Notes: generated from the letters alone by a model not told the origin. A stretch of DNA of 63,880 nt, filler included, from Octopus bimaculoides (GCF_001194135.2; 5 parts of 4 records of this genome joined end to end with filler, not necessarily neighbours in it), one strand, 5' to 3'. Positions 46,468 to 60,110 are shown, numbered from the whole stretch's first letter. Made by a program: numbers and translations.

Positions 46468-49011
46468 GTGGACAGAAAGATATTTGCAAATCATAGTTTC
46501 GTGTTCAAACCGAATTGGTTGTACGGTGGGTAAGCGTGTTTGTGTGTGTTTCCCTTACACAACTGCTTGACAATCGGTGCTGGTTTGTTTACATTTCCGT
46601 TCGTCAAAAAAGAAACCGATAGAATAAATACCTGACTTTAAAATTATTTATTCATGCTCGAATTGCGCGGTTAAAACCTTTGCAGTCGGTGGTCAAGCAT
46701 GGCTGCAATTCAATGACAAACAGGTAAAAGAACAGATTTAAAAAAAGCATGGCGTTGTCTAGAATGCTTCCGATCATAAAACTGATGAAGGAGGATTGAC
46801 TTAAGATTTAAAAGAAGCCAAAAAAAAAAGACATCACCGAAATTGTCTTCAACGTGGTAAAATATCAAACAAGAAATACCTTACAATTGCTCTCAAAACC
46901 ATGTATCATAATAGGAACAGCAAGGATATACTGGGTAATATAAACCAGCATATGATATATCAGAAAAAAAGTACATAAATAGATAAATAAAATAATCGAC
47001 GAGATAGTCTCGGCTGAATATATATATGATCATATGCGTGTGCAATCAGAAGTGACCAGAGGCTTTACAACCAACATCAGACAGTAAGAATATATATTTC
47101 AACAAAGAGAGCGAACATTCTAACAAAGGCATATCTCTATCATCCATCACTTGTTTCCATTTGTTCTCTGGTCTATTTTGTGTCTTTCTCTTTATCTTAG
47201 CACCAATTCTACATTCTTTGACGAATGATTTCCTTGATATATATAGCATTGCTTATTTACTTCCGTCTTTTATTTTATGTAACCGAAATCAAGTTATCTA
47301 CAGAAGTACAAAGGATCATACAGAGGCATATGAAAAAAAAATGCAGACACGTAAAAACAAGAAACGTACAACAATTCTTTGATATGTATATATATATATA
47401 TGTGTGTGTGTGGGGGGGGGGTGTTTGTTAGTGTGTGCGTTAGTTTNNNNNNNNNNNNNNNNNNNNNNNNNNNNNNNNNNNNNNNNNNNNNNNNNNNNNN
47501 NNNNNNNNNNNNNNNNNNNNNNNNNNNNNNNNNNNNNNNNNNNNNNNNNNNNNNNNNNNNNNNNNNNNNNNNNNNNNNNNNNNNNNNNNNNNNNNNNNNN
47601 NNNNNNNNNNNNNNNNNNNNNNNNNNNNNNNNNNNNNNNNNNNNNNNNNNNNNNNNNNNNNNNNNNNNNNNNNNNNNNNNNNNNNNNNNNNNNNNNNNNN
47701 NNNNNNNNNNNNNNNNNNNNNNNNNNNNNNNNNNNNNNNNNNNNNNNNNNNNNNNNNNNNNNNNNNNNNNNNNNNNNNNNNNNNNNNNNNNNNNNNNNNN
47801 NNNNNNNNNNNNNNNNNNNNNNNNNNNNNNNNNNNNNNNNNNNNNNNNNNNNNNNNNNNNNNNNNNNNNNNNNNNNNNNNNNNNNNNNNNNNNNNNNNNN
47901 NNNNNNNNNNNNNNNNNNNNNNNNNNNNNNNNNNNNNNNNNNNNNNNNNNNNNNNNNNNNNNNNNNNNNNNNNNNNNNNNNNNNNNNNNNNNNNNNNNNN
48001 NNNNNNNNNNNNNNNNNNNNNNNNNNNNNNNNNNNNNNNNNNNNNNNNNNNNNNNNNNNNNNNNNNNNNNNNNNNNNNNNNNNNNNNNNNNNNNNNNNNN
48101 NNNNNNNNNNNNNNNNNNNNNNNNNNNNNNNNNNNNNNNNNNNNNNNNNNNNNNNNNNNNNNNNNNNNNNNNNNNNNNNNNNNNNNNNNNNNNNNNNNNN
48201 NNNNNNNNNNNNNNNNNNNNNNNNNNNNNNNNNNNNNNNNNNNNNNNNNNNNNNNNNNNNNNNNNNNNNNNNNNNNNNNNNNNNNNNNNNNNNNNNNNNN
48301 NNNNNNNNNNNNNNNNNNNNNNNNNNNNNNNNNNNNNNNNNNNNNNNNTATATATGATGTATGTATATATGTATTTATATGCACAAGATCGTATATATAA
48401 ATACACGTATACACGCATTCGTACATACACAGGGAGAGAAAAAGAGAGGGAAAGAGAGAAAGGGACAGGGAGAGTGTGTGTGAGTGTGAACTGTACAGGA
48501 ACATTAAGATTGAGACAGAGAATTAGGTTTGTGCGAAAGTGTCTTCGCCAGAATTGATAGTGCGTCGGATGAGATATATCTCGGATCTTATTTCTGATCT
48601 TTACGTTATGATTTCAAATCCTGCCGAGATGATTGCTTCAAATCTTGCTGAAGTCATTCTGCCTTTCATAATAACAGCGTTGACATAATAATGTATCAAT
48701 CATGTACCCGGGTTGATCGTATTGACTTCATTCCCTTCAAAATTTTCGGGATTTTGCCTAACTTAGAAACCACAATTCCGACAACAAGGAAAACAGCAAT
48801 TGTTTATTCTATAAGCAAAAGGCATGGATTTTTGACAGAGGGCTACTAGTCGATTAGATCGATCCCAGTACTCAACTAGTCCCTTATTTCATCGTCTCCA
48901 AAATGACGAAAGACAAAGTCGATCGCGACAGCATTTGAGTTCAGAACGTAATAATACAGCTGAAGTTAAATTTGCCTTTCATCCTTTCGCTTTCGATGAA
49001 ATAGGTACTAG

Positions 49012-49111
49012 NNNNNNNNNNNNNNNNNNNNNNNNNNNNNNNNNNNNNNNNNNNNTTAATTAATTAANNNNNNNNNNNNNNNNNNNNNNNNNNNNNNNNN
49101 NNNNNNNNNNN
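49012..49111. other. Artificial scaffold linker
   Basis: N44-TTAATTAATTAA-N44. Confidence 0.9.
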
Positions 49112-49310
49112 TAATATAGAAAGGATTGAGGTAACTCCTCCTGAAGATATAGAGTCAAAATTAAAAGAAGAGTGCCATTTGTTATCTAGTGAACGATATT
49201 TCGACATCTCGTGTGTCTTCAACTGGTTCAAAAAATAAATTTGTCAATCTACTTCATTTTGGTTAATATAGAAAGGATTGAGGTAACTCCTCCTGAAGAT
49301 ATAGAGTCCA
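49112..49310 (+). repeat. 152-bp tandem unit (~1.3 copies visible) with a hammerhead-like core
   Basis: TAATATAGAAAGG repeats at 49112 and 49264. Confidence 0.85.
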
Positions 49311-49311
49311 A

Positions 49312-49367
<56 letters not shown>

Positions 49368-49368
<1 letters not shown>

Positions 49369-49618
49369 GAGTGAGAGAGCAGTGCACGCCATCAAAGTAA
49401 TACTGGGGTACAAATATATGAAGCCCGGTATACCCATCATAACTACCTGTCTGATAAGGGTACACCAGGCATATGCGTCACAACCATATGTGCGCGACAT
49501 AGTGATCTCATATCGAGATAGACAGCGCATGACCTTGCCGGTGTAGCCCAGTTAGAATTTTATTCTGGTCGAGTAGCCCATCCCACTCAAAAGGTACTTG
49601 AATAAGAGTTGTTCAAGG

Positions 49619-49620
<2 letters not shown>
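49368..49620 (-). mobile_element. 5'-truncated copy of the 19766-20326 retroposon, within (ATT)n
   Basis: Direct homology to 19766-20020, with (ATT)n on both sides. Confidence 0.8.
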
Positions 49621-49661
<41 letters not shown>

Positions 49662-49767
49662 NNNNNNNNNNTCTGTTAAATGTTATGAGAACGACAATGA
49701 TTAAGGATTAGTTTGATGGATTCAAATTTACACGTATTTGAAGAGAACTTTATTCTTATTGTTATTA

Positions 49768-49808
<41 letters not shown>

Positions 49809-49835
49809 GTTATTATTATTATTATTATTACTTTA

Positions 49836-50016
49836 AGGCGGCGAATTGGCAGAGTCGTTAACACGCCGGGCAAAATGCTTAGCGGCATTTCGTCTGTCTT
49901 TTCGCTCTGAGTTCAAATTATACCGCAGTCGTCTTCACCTTTCGAGGTCGATGAAATAATTACCAATTGATGTAATCGTCTCACCCTTACCTCTAACGTG
50001 CTGGCCTTGTCCGAAA

Positions 50017-50020
<4 letters not shown>
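49836..50020 (+). mobile_element. SINE family C within an (ATT)n array
   Basis: Homology to 60638-60853. Confidence 0.75.
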
Positions 50021-50052
<32 letters not shown>

Positions 50053-50054
<2 letters not shown>

Positions 50055-50253
50055 AATTAAAAGAAGAGTGCCATTTGTTATCTAGTGAACGATATTTCGA
50101 CATCTCGAGTGTCTTCAACTGGTTCAAAAAATAAATTTGTCAATCTACTTCATTTTGGTTAATATAGAAAGGATTGAGGTAACTCCTCCTGAAGATATAG
50201 AGTCAAAATTAAAAGAAGAGTGCCATTTGTTATCTAGTGAACGATATTTCGAC
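50053..50253 (+). repeat. 152-bp tandem unit (~1.3 copies visible, continuing into a gap)
   Basis: AAGAAGAGTG repeats at 50061 and 50213. Confidence 0.85.
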
Positions 50254-51140
50254 NNNNNNNNNNNNNNNNNNNNNNNNNNNNNNNNNNNNNNNNNNNNNNN
50301 NNNNNNNNNNNNNNNNNNNNNNNNNNNNNNNNNNNNNNNNNNNNNNNNNNNNNNNNNNNNNNNNNNNNNNNNNNNNNNNNNNNNNNNNNNNNNNNNNNNN
50401 NNNNNNNNNNNNNNNNNNNNNNNNNNNNNNNNNNNNNNNNNNNNNNNNNNNNNNNNNNNNNNNNNNNNNNNNNNNNNNNNNNNNNNNNNNNNNNNNNNNN
50501 NNNNNNNNNNNNNNNNNNNNNNNNNNNNNNNNNNNNNNNNNNNNNNNNNNNNNNNNNNNNNNNNNNNNNNNNNNNNNNNNNNNNNNNNNNNNNNNNNNNN
50601 NNNNNNNNNNNNNNNNNNNNNNNNNNNNNNNNNNNNNNNNNNNNNNNNNNNNNNNNNNNNNNNNNNNNNNNNNNNNNNNNNNNNNNNNNNNNNNNNNNNN
50701 NNNNNNNNNNNNNNNNNNNNNNNNNNNNNNNNNNNNNNNNNNNNNNNNNNNNNNNNNNNNNNNNNNNNNNNNNNNNNNNNNNNNNNNNNNNNNNNNNNNN
50801 NNNNNNNNNNNNNNNNNNNNNNNNNNNNNNNNNNNNNNNNNNNNNNNNNNNNNNNNNNNNNNNNNNNNNNNNNNNNNNNNNNNNNNNNNNNNNNNNNNNN
50901 NNNNNNNNNNNNNNNNNNNNNNNNNNNNNNNNNNNNNNNNNNNNNNNNNNNNNNNNNNNNNNNNNNNNNNNNNNNNNNNNNNNNNNNNNNNNNNNNNNNN
51001 NNNNNNNNNNNNNNNNNNNNNNNNNNNNNNNNNNNNNNNNNNNNNNNNNNNNNNNNNNNNNNNNNNNNNNNNNNNAGAATTTTATTCTGGTCGAGTAGCC
51101 CATCCCACTCAAAAGGTACTTGAATAAGAGTTGTTCAAGG

Positions 51141-51190
<50 letters not shown>

Positions 51191-51404
51191 AGGTGGCATG
51201 CAAGAAGAATCGTTACTGAGCTGGAAGAATGCTTAGTAGTTGTTCTCCCGACTTTACGTTCTGAGTTCAATTACCACTGGGTTAGGTTTTACTTTTCATC
51301 CTTTCGGGGTCGATAAAATAAGTACCAGTTTAGCACAAGTGTCGATTTCATCGACCATCCCCTTCCTCAAAATTTCAGGCCTTGTGCTTATAGTAGAAAG
51401 GACT

Positions 51405-51617
51405 CTTTACTCTCTTACTCTTTTACTTGTTTCAGTTATTTGACTGCGGCCATGCTGGAGCACCGCCTTTAGTCGAGCAAATCGACCCCAGGCCTTATTC
51501 TTCGTAAGCCTAGTACTTATTCTATCGGTCTTTTTGGCCGAACCGCTAAGTTACGGGGACGTAAACACACCACCATCGGTTGTCAAGCGATGTTGGGGGG
51601 GACAAACAGACATACAA

Positions 51618-51650
<33 letters not shown>
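51405..51650 (-). mobile_element. SINE family A, young 3' half (preceded by a family C copy at 51191-51400)
   Basis: Reverse-complement homology to 8190-8376. Confidence 0.8.
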
Positions 51651-51652
<2 letters not shown>

Positions 51653-52208
51653 NNNNNNNNNNNNNNNNNNNNNNNNNNNNNNNNNNNNNNNNNNNNNNNN
51701 NNNNNNNNNNNNNNNNNNNNNNNNNNNNNNNNNNNNNNNNNNNNNNNNNNNNNNNNNNNNNNNNNNNNNNNNNNNNNNNNNNNNNNNNNNNNNNNNNNNN
51801 NNNNNNNNNNNNNNNNNNNNNNNNNNNNNNNNNNNNNNNNNNNNNNNNNNNNNNNNNNNNNNNNNNNNNNNNNNNNNNNNNNNNNNNNNNNNNNNNNNNN
51901 NNNNNNNNNNNNNNNNNNNNNNNNNNNNNNNNNNNNNNNNNNNNNNNNNNNNNNNNNNNNNNNNNNNNNNNNNNNNNNNNNNNNNNNNNNNNNNNNNNNN
52001 NNNNNNNNNNNNNNNNNNNNNNNNNNNNNNNNNNNNNNNNNNNNNNNNNNNNNNNNNNNNNNNNNNNNNNNNNNNNNNNNNNNNNNNNNNNNNNNNNNNN
52101 NNNNNNNNNNNNNNNNNNNNNNNNNNNNNNNNNNNNNNNNNNNNNNNNNNNNNNNNNNNNNNNNNNNNNNNNNNNNNNNNNNNNNNNNNNNNNNNNNNNN
52201 NNNNNNNN

Positions 52209-52249
<41 letters not shown>

Positions 52250-55200
52250 CACTCCCCGAAGAAAGCGAGTCTGGAGAATACTGAGTGATTGCAAAACAGT
52301 TTAAGAAGGTAATTATTTAATGTTAGACATTGCATATCGAGCAGTATGGTTGTGGAATATGTGGATGATAAAGATATTACATCAATCATCGAAGCAATTG
52401 TGAAATTATCTCAAGAAATTAGATTTTCAGTGAACAGCTAAATTCGAAAGTTAACTCACTACTTTCGAAATTGGCAATAAGATTGGCAATATGGTTGCCA
52501 TGATAAACAGACATAAAGGAGTACGACTAATAATTATCGTGGAATAAATTCCTCCGAAATGCAGAAAACCTCTCCTAAAATGAATCAACAAGTATTTGTG
52601 TTGGTGGTGATTGATTGTCAATATGGAATTTGTTCTTTGTAGAATTTAAGAATAGAAACTCGTAAAGAATATCCGAAATTGTCGCTTCGACATGTAATCG
52701 AAACGATTTCGGGAAAGATACGATATTATTGTTGCCAATAAATCTTCATCTTTTATCTCTTATTTGTTTAAGTCATTGGACTGCAGCCACGCCGGGGCTT
52801 CGCCCTTCAATGGTTTACTCAAAGAAATTGTCTCCAGTACATTTTCTCTCAAGTCTGGTACTTATTCGTCGGTCTTTTTTGCCGAATAGCTATGTTCCGA
52901 CGTAAACAAACAAGGACAGGCTCAAATGTGTGTGTGTGTGTGTGTGTACGTGTTTATGTCTGTGTGTGTGTTGCGGGCTTCCACGCAGTTTCCGTCAATC
53001 GCTCACGGTTCTACTTTCGCAGTGGGATTGCACCCGGAACTATGTGATCGCAAAGCAGGTGAATGTTCTAATATTTAGAAAGAAAAATTCCAAAATAATG
53101 TTTACTAGCGGGACCCGTGAATAATTCTCGGCATTAATGGTAAACCTATTGGGCTTTTTAAAAAAATATTTATCCAATAAACCTGAAAGTATAGCCTGTG
53201 TTGTGTCTGTATGGAGAGATAATCGCTCATCTGCTACTACCCCTTGTAAAGCGGAAGAAATTGGAATACGATGATTACTTAATGCACTTTCTATACTTTA
53301 TGCATAGTTTTATAGACTTAATACACAGCACACATAAAATAAATATTCACTCTTATTTTTCCATTTATCCCCAAAACAAAAAAAAATGTCCCGTACATAT
53401 GATACAACCTTTAGTTAAGTTGGATATATCTGCCACATAAATAAGCATGAATATTTCACAAAATTGCACTTATGCGTTACGTGATGGGGGATATACAAAA
53501 AAACTTAGTTCAATTTTTAACAAAATACACTTTTCACTATCCAATCACCACCGCCTCCAACTCCACCACCACCATCGCCATTACCATCATCCTCTGTCTT
53601 TCCCCTCTCTCTGCCTTCTCTCTCTCCATTCTCTCTCTCCCTTCTCTCTCTCCCTCTTCTCTCTCCCTCCTGTCTCTCCCTCCTCACTCTCTCACCCACT
53701 CTCTCTTCCCTTTCTTTAACCTCACTGTCAGAACATCGTCCCTCTGCTAAAATTATATTTTTAACTCTCCTGCTCTACATCATCGCTAACCTCAACTAAC
53801 ATTTTTAATCACGTAATAAATATTACATTCTCCCTACTTCACGTCATGGATGTTTCTCTCTCCCTCTTTTTCTCTCTCAGTCTTTTTCTTTCTGTCTCAC
53901 TCTTTGCCTTGTCCTCTTTTTCTCTCTCCTTTTTCTTTCTCCTCTCTTTCCCTCCAACTAATCACGTGAAAGCGTTGCAATTACATTATCTTTACCTGCA
54001 ATCAACTGCAAGATCTAGTCCTTGTGGTGGTGTGGGTGCTTGTAAGTCTCGATGACCTGGAGAGCAATACTGGCGGAACGCAAACTCCTAGTAGAGCCCC
54101 CCCACCTTCCACCCATGCTGAATAGGTCAAAGGACAAAAGCCAGAGTAATATTAGTTTAAAATTTTGATACGAGGTCAGCAATTTCGAAGGATGGAGTAA
54201 GTCGACAACATCGACCCCAGTGCTCCACTGGTACTTATTTGAAAGGATGAAAGGAAAGTCGATCGCGACAGCATTTGAACTCAGAAAGTGAAGACGTTGA
54301 TGGCCGATGCTTTACAGGGTACGAAGGTCTTGAAGGAAATAAAGAGAAGAGAAGCCGGGGTAGAAACACCGGACAGCATCGTTTGAGATGGCAGAAAGAA
54401 TTAGATAAATTTGATATAAGTTAGACTCAGACATGGTGTGTGGTTAACAAGCTCGCTTTGTAACCACGTGATTTTGGGTTCAGTCCTACAGCATAGAACC
54501 TTATGCAAGTGTAGCATTTTCTAGCATATATGAGGCCGACTTGTGCCTTGTGAGTGAATTTGGTAAACGGAAACTGCGGAAGTTCATTGTATATATTAAA
54601 CCATTTTCTTTAGCCAACACACGTGAACGCTTATAAGCCTATAATTATTATTATTATTGTTACTTAAAGAATCTTCACTTGTCACCGGTTTTGTTTAACG
54701 TAGAATATGTATAATATGTATANNNNNNNNNNNNNNNNNNNNNNNNNNNNNNNNNNNNNNNNNNNNNNNNNNNNNNNNNNNNNNNNNNNNNNNNNNNNNN
54801 NNNNNNNNNNNNNNNNNNNNNNNNNNNNNNNNNNNNNNNNNNNNNNNNNNNNNNNNNNNNNNNNNNNNNNNNNNNNNNNNNNNNNNNNNNNNNNNNNNNN
54901 NNNNNNNNNNNNNNNNNNNNNNNNNNNNNNNNNNNNNNNNNNNNNNNNNNNNNNNNNNNNNNNNNNNNNNNNNNNNNNNNNNNNNNNNNNNNNNNNNNNN
55001 NNNNNNNNNNNNNNNNNNNNNNNNNNNNNNNNNNNNNNNNNNNNNNNNNNNNNNNNNNNNNNNNNNNNNNNNNNNNNNNNNNNNNNNNNNNNNNNNNNNN
55101 NNNNNNNNNNNNNNNNNNNNNNNNNNNNNNNNNNNNNNNNNNNNNNNNNNNNNNNNNNNNNNNNNNNNNNNNNNNNNNNNNNNNNNNNNNNNNNNNNNNN

Positions 55201-55387
55201 NNNNNNNNNNNNNNNNNNNNNNNNNNNNNNNNNNNNNNNNNNNNNNNNNNNNNNNNNNNNNNNNNNNNNNNNNNNNNNNNNNNNNNNNNNNNNNNNNNNN
55301 NNNNNNNNNNNNNNNNNNNNNNNNNNNNNNNNNNNNNNNNNNNNNNNNNNNNNNNNNNNNNNNNNNNNNNNNNNNNNNNNNNNNNNN

Positions 55388-55435
<48 letters not shown>

Positions 55436-55485
55436 TGTATACACATACATATATATGTATATACATATATATATGTATGCATTTG

Positions 55486-56330
55486 GGGTGTGATCAATAA
55501 GTATCCTGACTATTGCTATAGTAACGAAGCTAAAATAGGGATCGTGAAGCTGCTTGGCACAGATTCACCTTCAATACTGTAGTGCATGTGCACTAAGTTT
55601 TAACGTCCTAGCTCACTTCCACTGTTTACAGCAGTACTTGGAAGGAAGGTGTGTAGCGTGTGACCGTCGTATTGACAACGAAAGAGAAAGTTGAGCAGAG
55701 ACTCTACATCAATTTTTGTCAAAAGCTTAGCGATACCTGCTCAGAGGTCTACGCAAAGTTTTCAAAAAGTTTTCATCATTCTTGACACAATCAAGGAGGT
55801 CTTGTGCAACTGAAACCCGAATGTCCTTTCGTTAGTTGAAAGCATTTCTGGCACAAACTTGGTAGACACGCGTCTCATACCAAAATCTTCAGTCATAATG
55901 GATTGAACTGAACCGTAACTAATCTGCACATCCTATGATAACCCACGGATGGTGATTCGACGATTTCACCTCACAGGTGCACGAACTTCTGCAATGTTTA
56001 TCTCAGTTCTGCTGGTTGCGGGTCCCCGAGAATGTTCGTCAATATTGATATTTTTTCGGCTATATGCAACTTTCGGCCTTCTGCAACTTTGCGTAGGCCT
56101 CTGGGCAGGTATCACCATGACAACTTTCTCTGTCATGGTAAATGCGAGGACCACACACTACGCACGTTACTTCCAAGCACTGCTGTAAACAGCGGGAGTA
56201 AACTAGAACGTTAAAACTTAGTGCACATGCAAAGCAATGTTCGAAGTCAATCGGTGTCATGCAGCTTTACTTTGTATGCTTTTGCTTCGTTACTATAGCA
56301 ATAGTCCGGATACTTATTGATCAGCCTTCG
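55486..56330. mobile_element. Mariner-derived non-autonomous element built from two inverted 5' ends
   Basis: ~45-bp terminal inverted repeats extend into ~280-bp diverged inverted arms. The minus strand encodes mariner N-terminal HTH remnants (DEHSRGPATSRTEINIAEV...NRRITIRGLS*DVQISYGSVQSIMTEDFGMRRVSTKFVP). The plus arm encodes KEKVEQRLYINFCQKLSDTCSEVYAKF. Confidence 0.8.
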
Positions 56331-56399
56331 TGTGTGTGTGTGTGTGTGTTTATATATATATATATACGCGCGCACACACGCACACACATATTTGTACAT

Positions 56400-56437
<38 letters not shown>

Positions 56438-56739
56438 GGGTGTTTTAATGTGTGTATATATATATATGTATGTGTGTTTGTATTTGTCCTTGCCCCACAA
56501 TTGGACAACCAGTGTTGGTTTGTTTACGTCCACTTAACTTAACGATTCAGCAAAAGAGTCTCATCGAATAAGTACCAGACTTGATAAAGAAAAACATAAG
56601 TACTACGGTCGATTAGCTGGCCGCAGTCCAATGATTGAAACAAGATCAAAAATAAATAAAAATAATAAGAACGATCATCGTTTAAATAGAAGCTTCCTCC
56701 TACACTTAACGTGTCCTGGACACACGATCTAATTTGATT

Positions 56740-57670
56740 CCTTCCCCGCGCCAACCGTTTTGCCCTGAATGTTCAGACCAGAGTTCCCAAGCTCTTCTTT
56801 GCCTTACTTGAAAAACATTTCCCCAAGTCCAGTTCTCTTAGAAAAATCTTCAACCTCCAATCGATTAAATATTCCTACTCCATCACAATTAACATTGCTG
56901 GTATAATTCGACGTCAGAACAATAAGAAACTTGGAAACCAGCAATTATTTAACATTACTCGCAGTAATACAACGCACTCTAATCTCCAGCCCTCACCCAT
57001 AACTCTAGGATATCCTTAAACCTCCTTACCAATACCGACCCTCACACTAGCAATCCTAATTCTATTACTCCTCTCAATACCCTTAACCAACCTTACGACC
57101 CCGCTATATCCACCACCAAAATAGGCAATGATAGGACTCATATCATTAGACACGAGAACTATTATAAGCTAGATCTCCCAGACAAATCCCTCACCACGCT
57201 AAAATAAAACACCACTCTTAACGTCGGATAATGAATATAACACCAAATTAACCTTAGATAATCATAACTACGTAATTTCCCCTTTAGCACCTTCTAGAAT
57301 CCTATGCAGTTGTAGACGCCCCATTTCCTTTCCTTCAGGTAATAGATGCCTTACAAAAAATATTGTATATAAATATACGGTATCAACTGATACACGGTAT
57401 CAACTGATACATCGACTCGTGCAGCACCACCTTCACGGTCAGAGTCGGTAACCACTGTTCTAGAGTCAAATCCCAAGCAAGACCTAACAGAACTTCTTTA
57501 TCTCGTCTAATTCATAACCTAAAACAAAACTCAATTTGTATAATTGAAAATGATCCATAGTTACCCATGCTAAACAGTATGACGGTTATAACAACAAATG
57601 CACGCTAAGCATCGCGGAAGTCTTTTCTATTATGCAATCCACCAATTGCCTGAATGAACGGAACCGTCTA
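56740..57670 (+). mobile_element. Second Penelope-like element remnant (linker plus GIY-YIG endonuclease)
   Basis: LNVQTRVPKLFFALLEKHFPKSSSLRKIFNLQSIKYSYS / LCSCRRPISFPSGNRCLTKNIVYKYTVST / YIDSCSTTFTVRVGNHCSR...RTSLSRLIHNLKQ. Frameshifts include a short tandem duplication at ~57377-57410. Confidence 0.85.
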
Positions 57671-58178
57671 ATTTTTCAATTGTAAACACCGATAATGTAA
57701 CACATTCTCAACATAGAAATAACAGTGTCCACTCTTATTTTTTCCTAACTATTCCTCCGCAGCTCTTCTGTGGATTTATAACCGACAACTTTTCTAACTA
57801 CCTCTACATTTTTCTTAGCCTCGTGATCTCGTGATCATAGAACTACTATGTCCCTCTATTGACCAGAAACTATCTCCCACCTCACTCTCTTTTTCCCTCT
57901 CTTTTAACAAATTCACCTGCCTACCACTCCTAAATTTTCTCCCTCTTCTTACAATTTTACCTCGAATATTCTTCCCTTTCATTTTCTTTGATTCTTTTTA
58001 AATCTATATACATGGGTGCGATAATATATTTATTTATCTATTTATTTACAGTTGACATAGTAAATGACCCCAGTCTTATATTCAGAAAGACCTTCCCCAA
58101 ATCATTTTCGATCAAATATTCTGCGAGTTAACTTGGGACACCTTGATGAAATTGTAACTTTCATTTAACGAAGTATCT

Positions 58179-58266
58179 TCAGCCTGATGAGTAACCAGTG
58201 GAGTATCCCTCGCTGAGTGATTAATACTTCCGAGGTTCTGCTAGCTAGGAAACCTATGTAGTCTGG
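58179..58266 (+). ncRNA. Hammerhead ribozyme-like motif downstream of the second Penelope-like remnant
   Basis: TCAGC-CTGATGA-(stem II with AACC/GGTT and GGAGTAT/ATACTTCC)-GAAA-C-CTAT-G-TA/GTCTG. The core is intact; stem I and the base of stem II are imperfect. Confidence 0.5.
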
Positions 58267-58789
58267 ATTTTACCTGCTCCATTTCCTCAATGTGGATTTT
58301 TATTCGCATACATAGCAACCCTAGTTGCTAACTCTGAACTACAAAATAACTTTTTTTCAGTTTATCTAACTTCAATATAGGAAAATTGTTCAACCTTCTA
58401 CGTCAGCAGACCACTATTGTTCCTGGGAGTTGTTGTCTACACCTTCTATGGATTGTTCGAAATTTACTGACTTCCTACACCTGGATCCTTGGATTTTGCA
58501 TTTATATATATATATATGATGGACTCTCCCATCAAAGACGTCGTATGAGCGTTCAGCTTTTGCCGAATGACCTGCACAAATGATTTGTGTGTGTGTGTGT
58601 GTGTGTGTATGTGTTGCTTTAAATCAAATCATGAAGAATCCCAATATTCAATAAAGAATATGATATCCGAAATAAATACTAGCGACAGGATCAGTATTAA
58701 TACTGAATGGTATGTAGACGAGTGTTTCGACAGCGTATTAACTCATCTTCAAAAATCACGTTCATATTACAAAATGTTAAATAGCTTCA

Positions 58790-59165
58790 AATTTTGGCAT
58801 ACGATTAGCAACTTTAAGTGGGTAGTTAGTCGATTACATCGTCCCCGTGGCTCAATCGACACCGAAAGGATGAACAGCAAAGTTGATCACAGTCTAATTT
58901 GAACTGAGAAGGTAAAGCCGGTTGAAAAACGCCGCTAAGCATTTTGTTCGATGTGATAACAATTCCATCAGCTTACCGCCTTTGCCTTGAGAAATAATGA
59001 TTTCAAATTTTCGGCACAAGGACAGCAATTTCAGGGAAGGGGTAAGCCGTTTACATGAACCCCAATGTTCAACTGATACTTATTTTATCGATCCCGAAAG
59101 AATGAAAATCAAAGTCGACCTCCACGGAATTTGAACTTTGAACGTAAAGATTCTGGCAGCTCGTC
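58790..59165 (-). mobile_element. Two diverged SINE family C copies
   Basis: Reverse-complement homology to 60638-60853. Confidence 0.6.
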
Positions 59166-59679
59166 GCCTTCTTTACCTTTGAGAAATAATACGAAGCGTT
59201 CATGTATAACAAGACTGCTCGTTTTACCATATAAAGAATTCTTAGTTTTGGTCCTTTTTTTTTACCATGAAATCAATATCTAGCTAGAAAGAATTCACAG
59301 GAAGATTTACAGAGATAATCTTTTATCTTTTACTTGTTTANNNNNNNNNNNNNNNNNNNNNNNNNNNNNNNNNNNNNNNNNNNNNNNNNNNNNNNNNNNN
59401 NNNNNNNNNNNNNNNNNNNNNNNNNNNNNNNNNNNNNNNNNNNNNNNNNNNNNNNNNNNNNNNNNNNNNNNNNNNNNNNNNNNNNNNNNNNNNNNNNNNN
59501 NNNNNNNNNNNNNNNNNNNNNNNNNNNNNNNNNNNNNNNNNNNNNNNNGAACAAGCTGAAGAAGCTCTCCCATAGCAACCTCTACGTTTTTTTCTTGATG
59601 CCTCAGTGAGGCCTCTCATAATCGAATTTACTATGAAAAGGAAATTTAACAGATAATTCATTTATTATCTTTTGTTTAC

Positions 59680-59833
59680 TTTTGTCACTACAGTTCGGCC
59701 CCGCCTTGTAGAGTGTAGACGAATAAATCGCCCCCCTTTTTAGAAAGAAGTCTGGTACTTATTCTATCGATCTTTTTTGCCGAACTGCTAGATTACGGAG
59801 ACGTAAACAAACCAACACCTATTGGTGAGGGCC

Positions 59834-59874
<41 letters not shown>

Positions 59875-59910
59875 AACACATACACACATACACACACATA
59901 CATACACACG

Positions 59911-59964
<54 letters not shown>

Positions 59965-60110
59965 CGAGCATCTTTCAGTCGTTATCAACCAAATCCACTG
60001 ACAAGACTTTGGTCGGTCCAGGTTACAGTAGTATACACCTGCTCAAAATACTCTGCAGTAAGACTGAACCCAGAACCACGTAGCTTAGAAGCAAGCTTCT
60101 TACCACACTG
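59680..60110 (-). mobile_element. SINE family A copy with an expanded internal TA/CA microsatellite
   Basis: Reverse-complement homology to 8004-8376. Confidence 0.7.

Noticed and set aside
53996-54056. Apparent 61-nt exon with AG/GT boundaries (HRDLQAPTPPQGLDLAVDC)
   Set aside because: No recognised protein, no partner exons on this scaffold, a weak pyrimidine tract, and the sequence resembles untranslated LINE-derived repeats. RNA-seq could overturn this.
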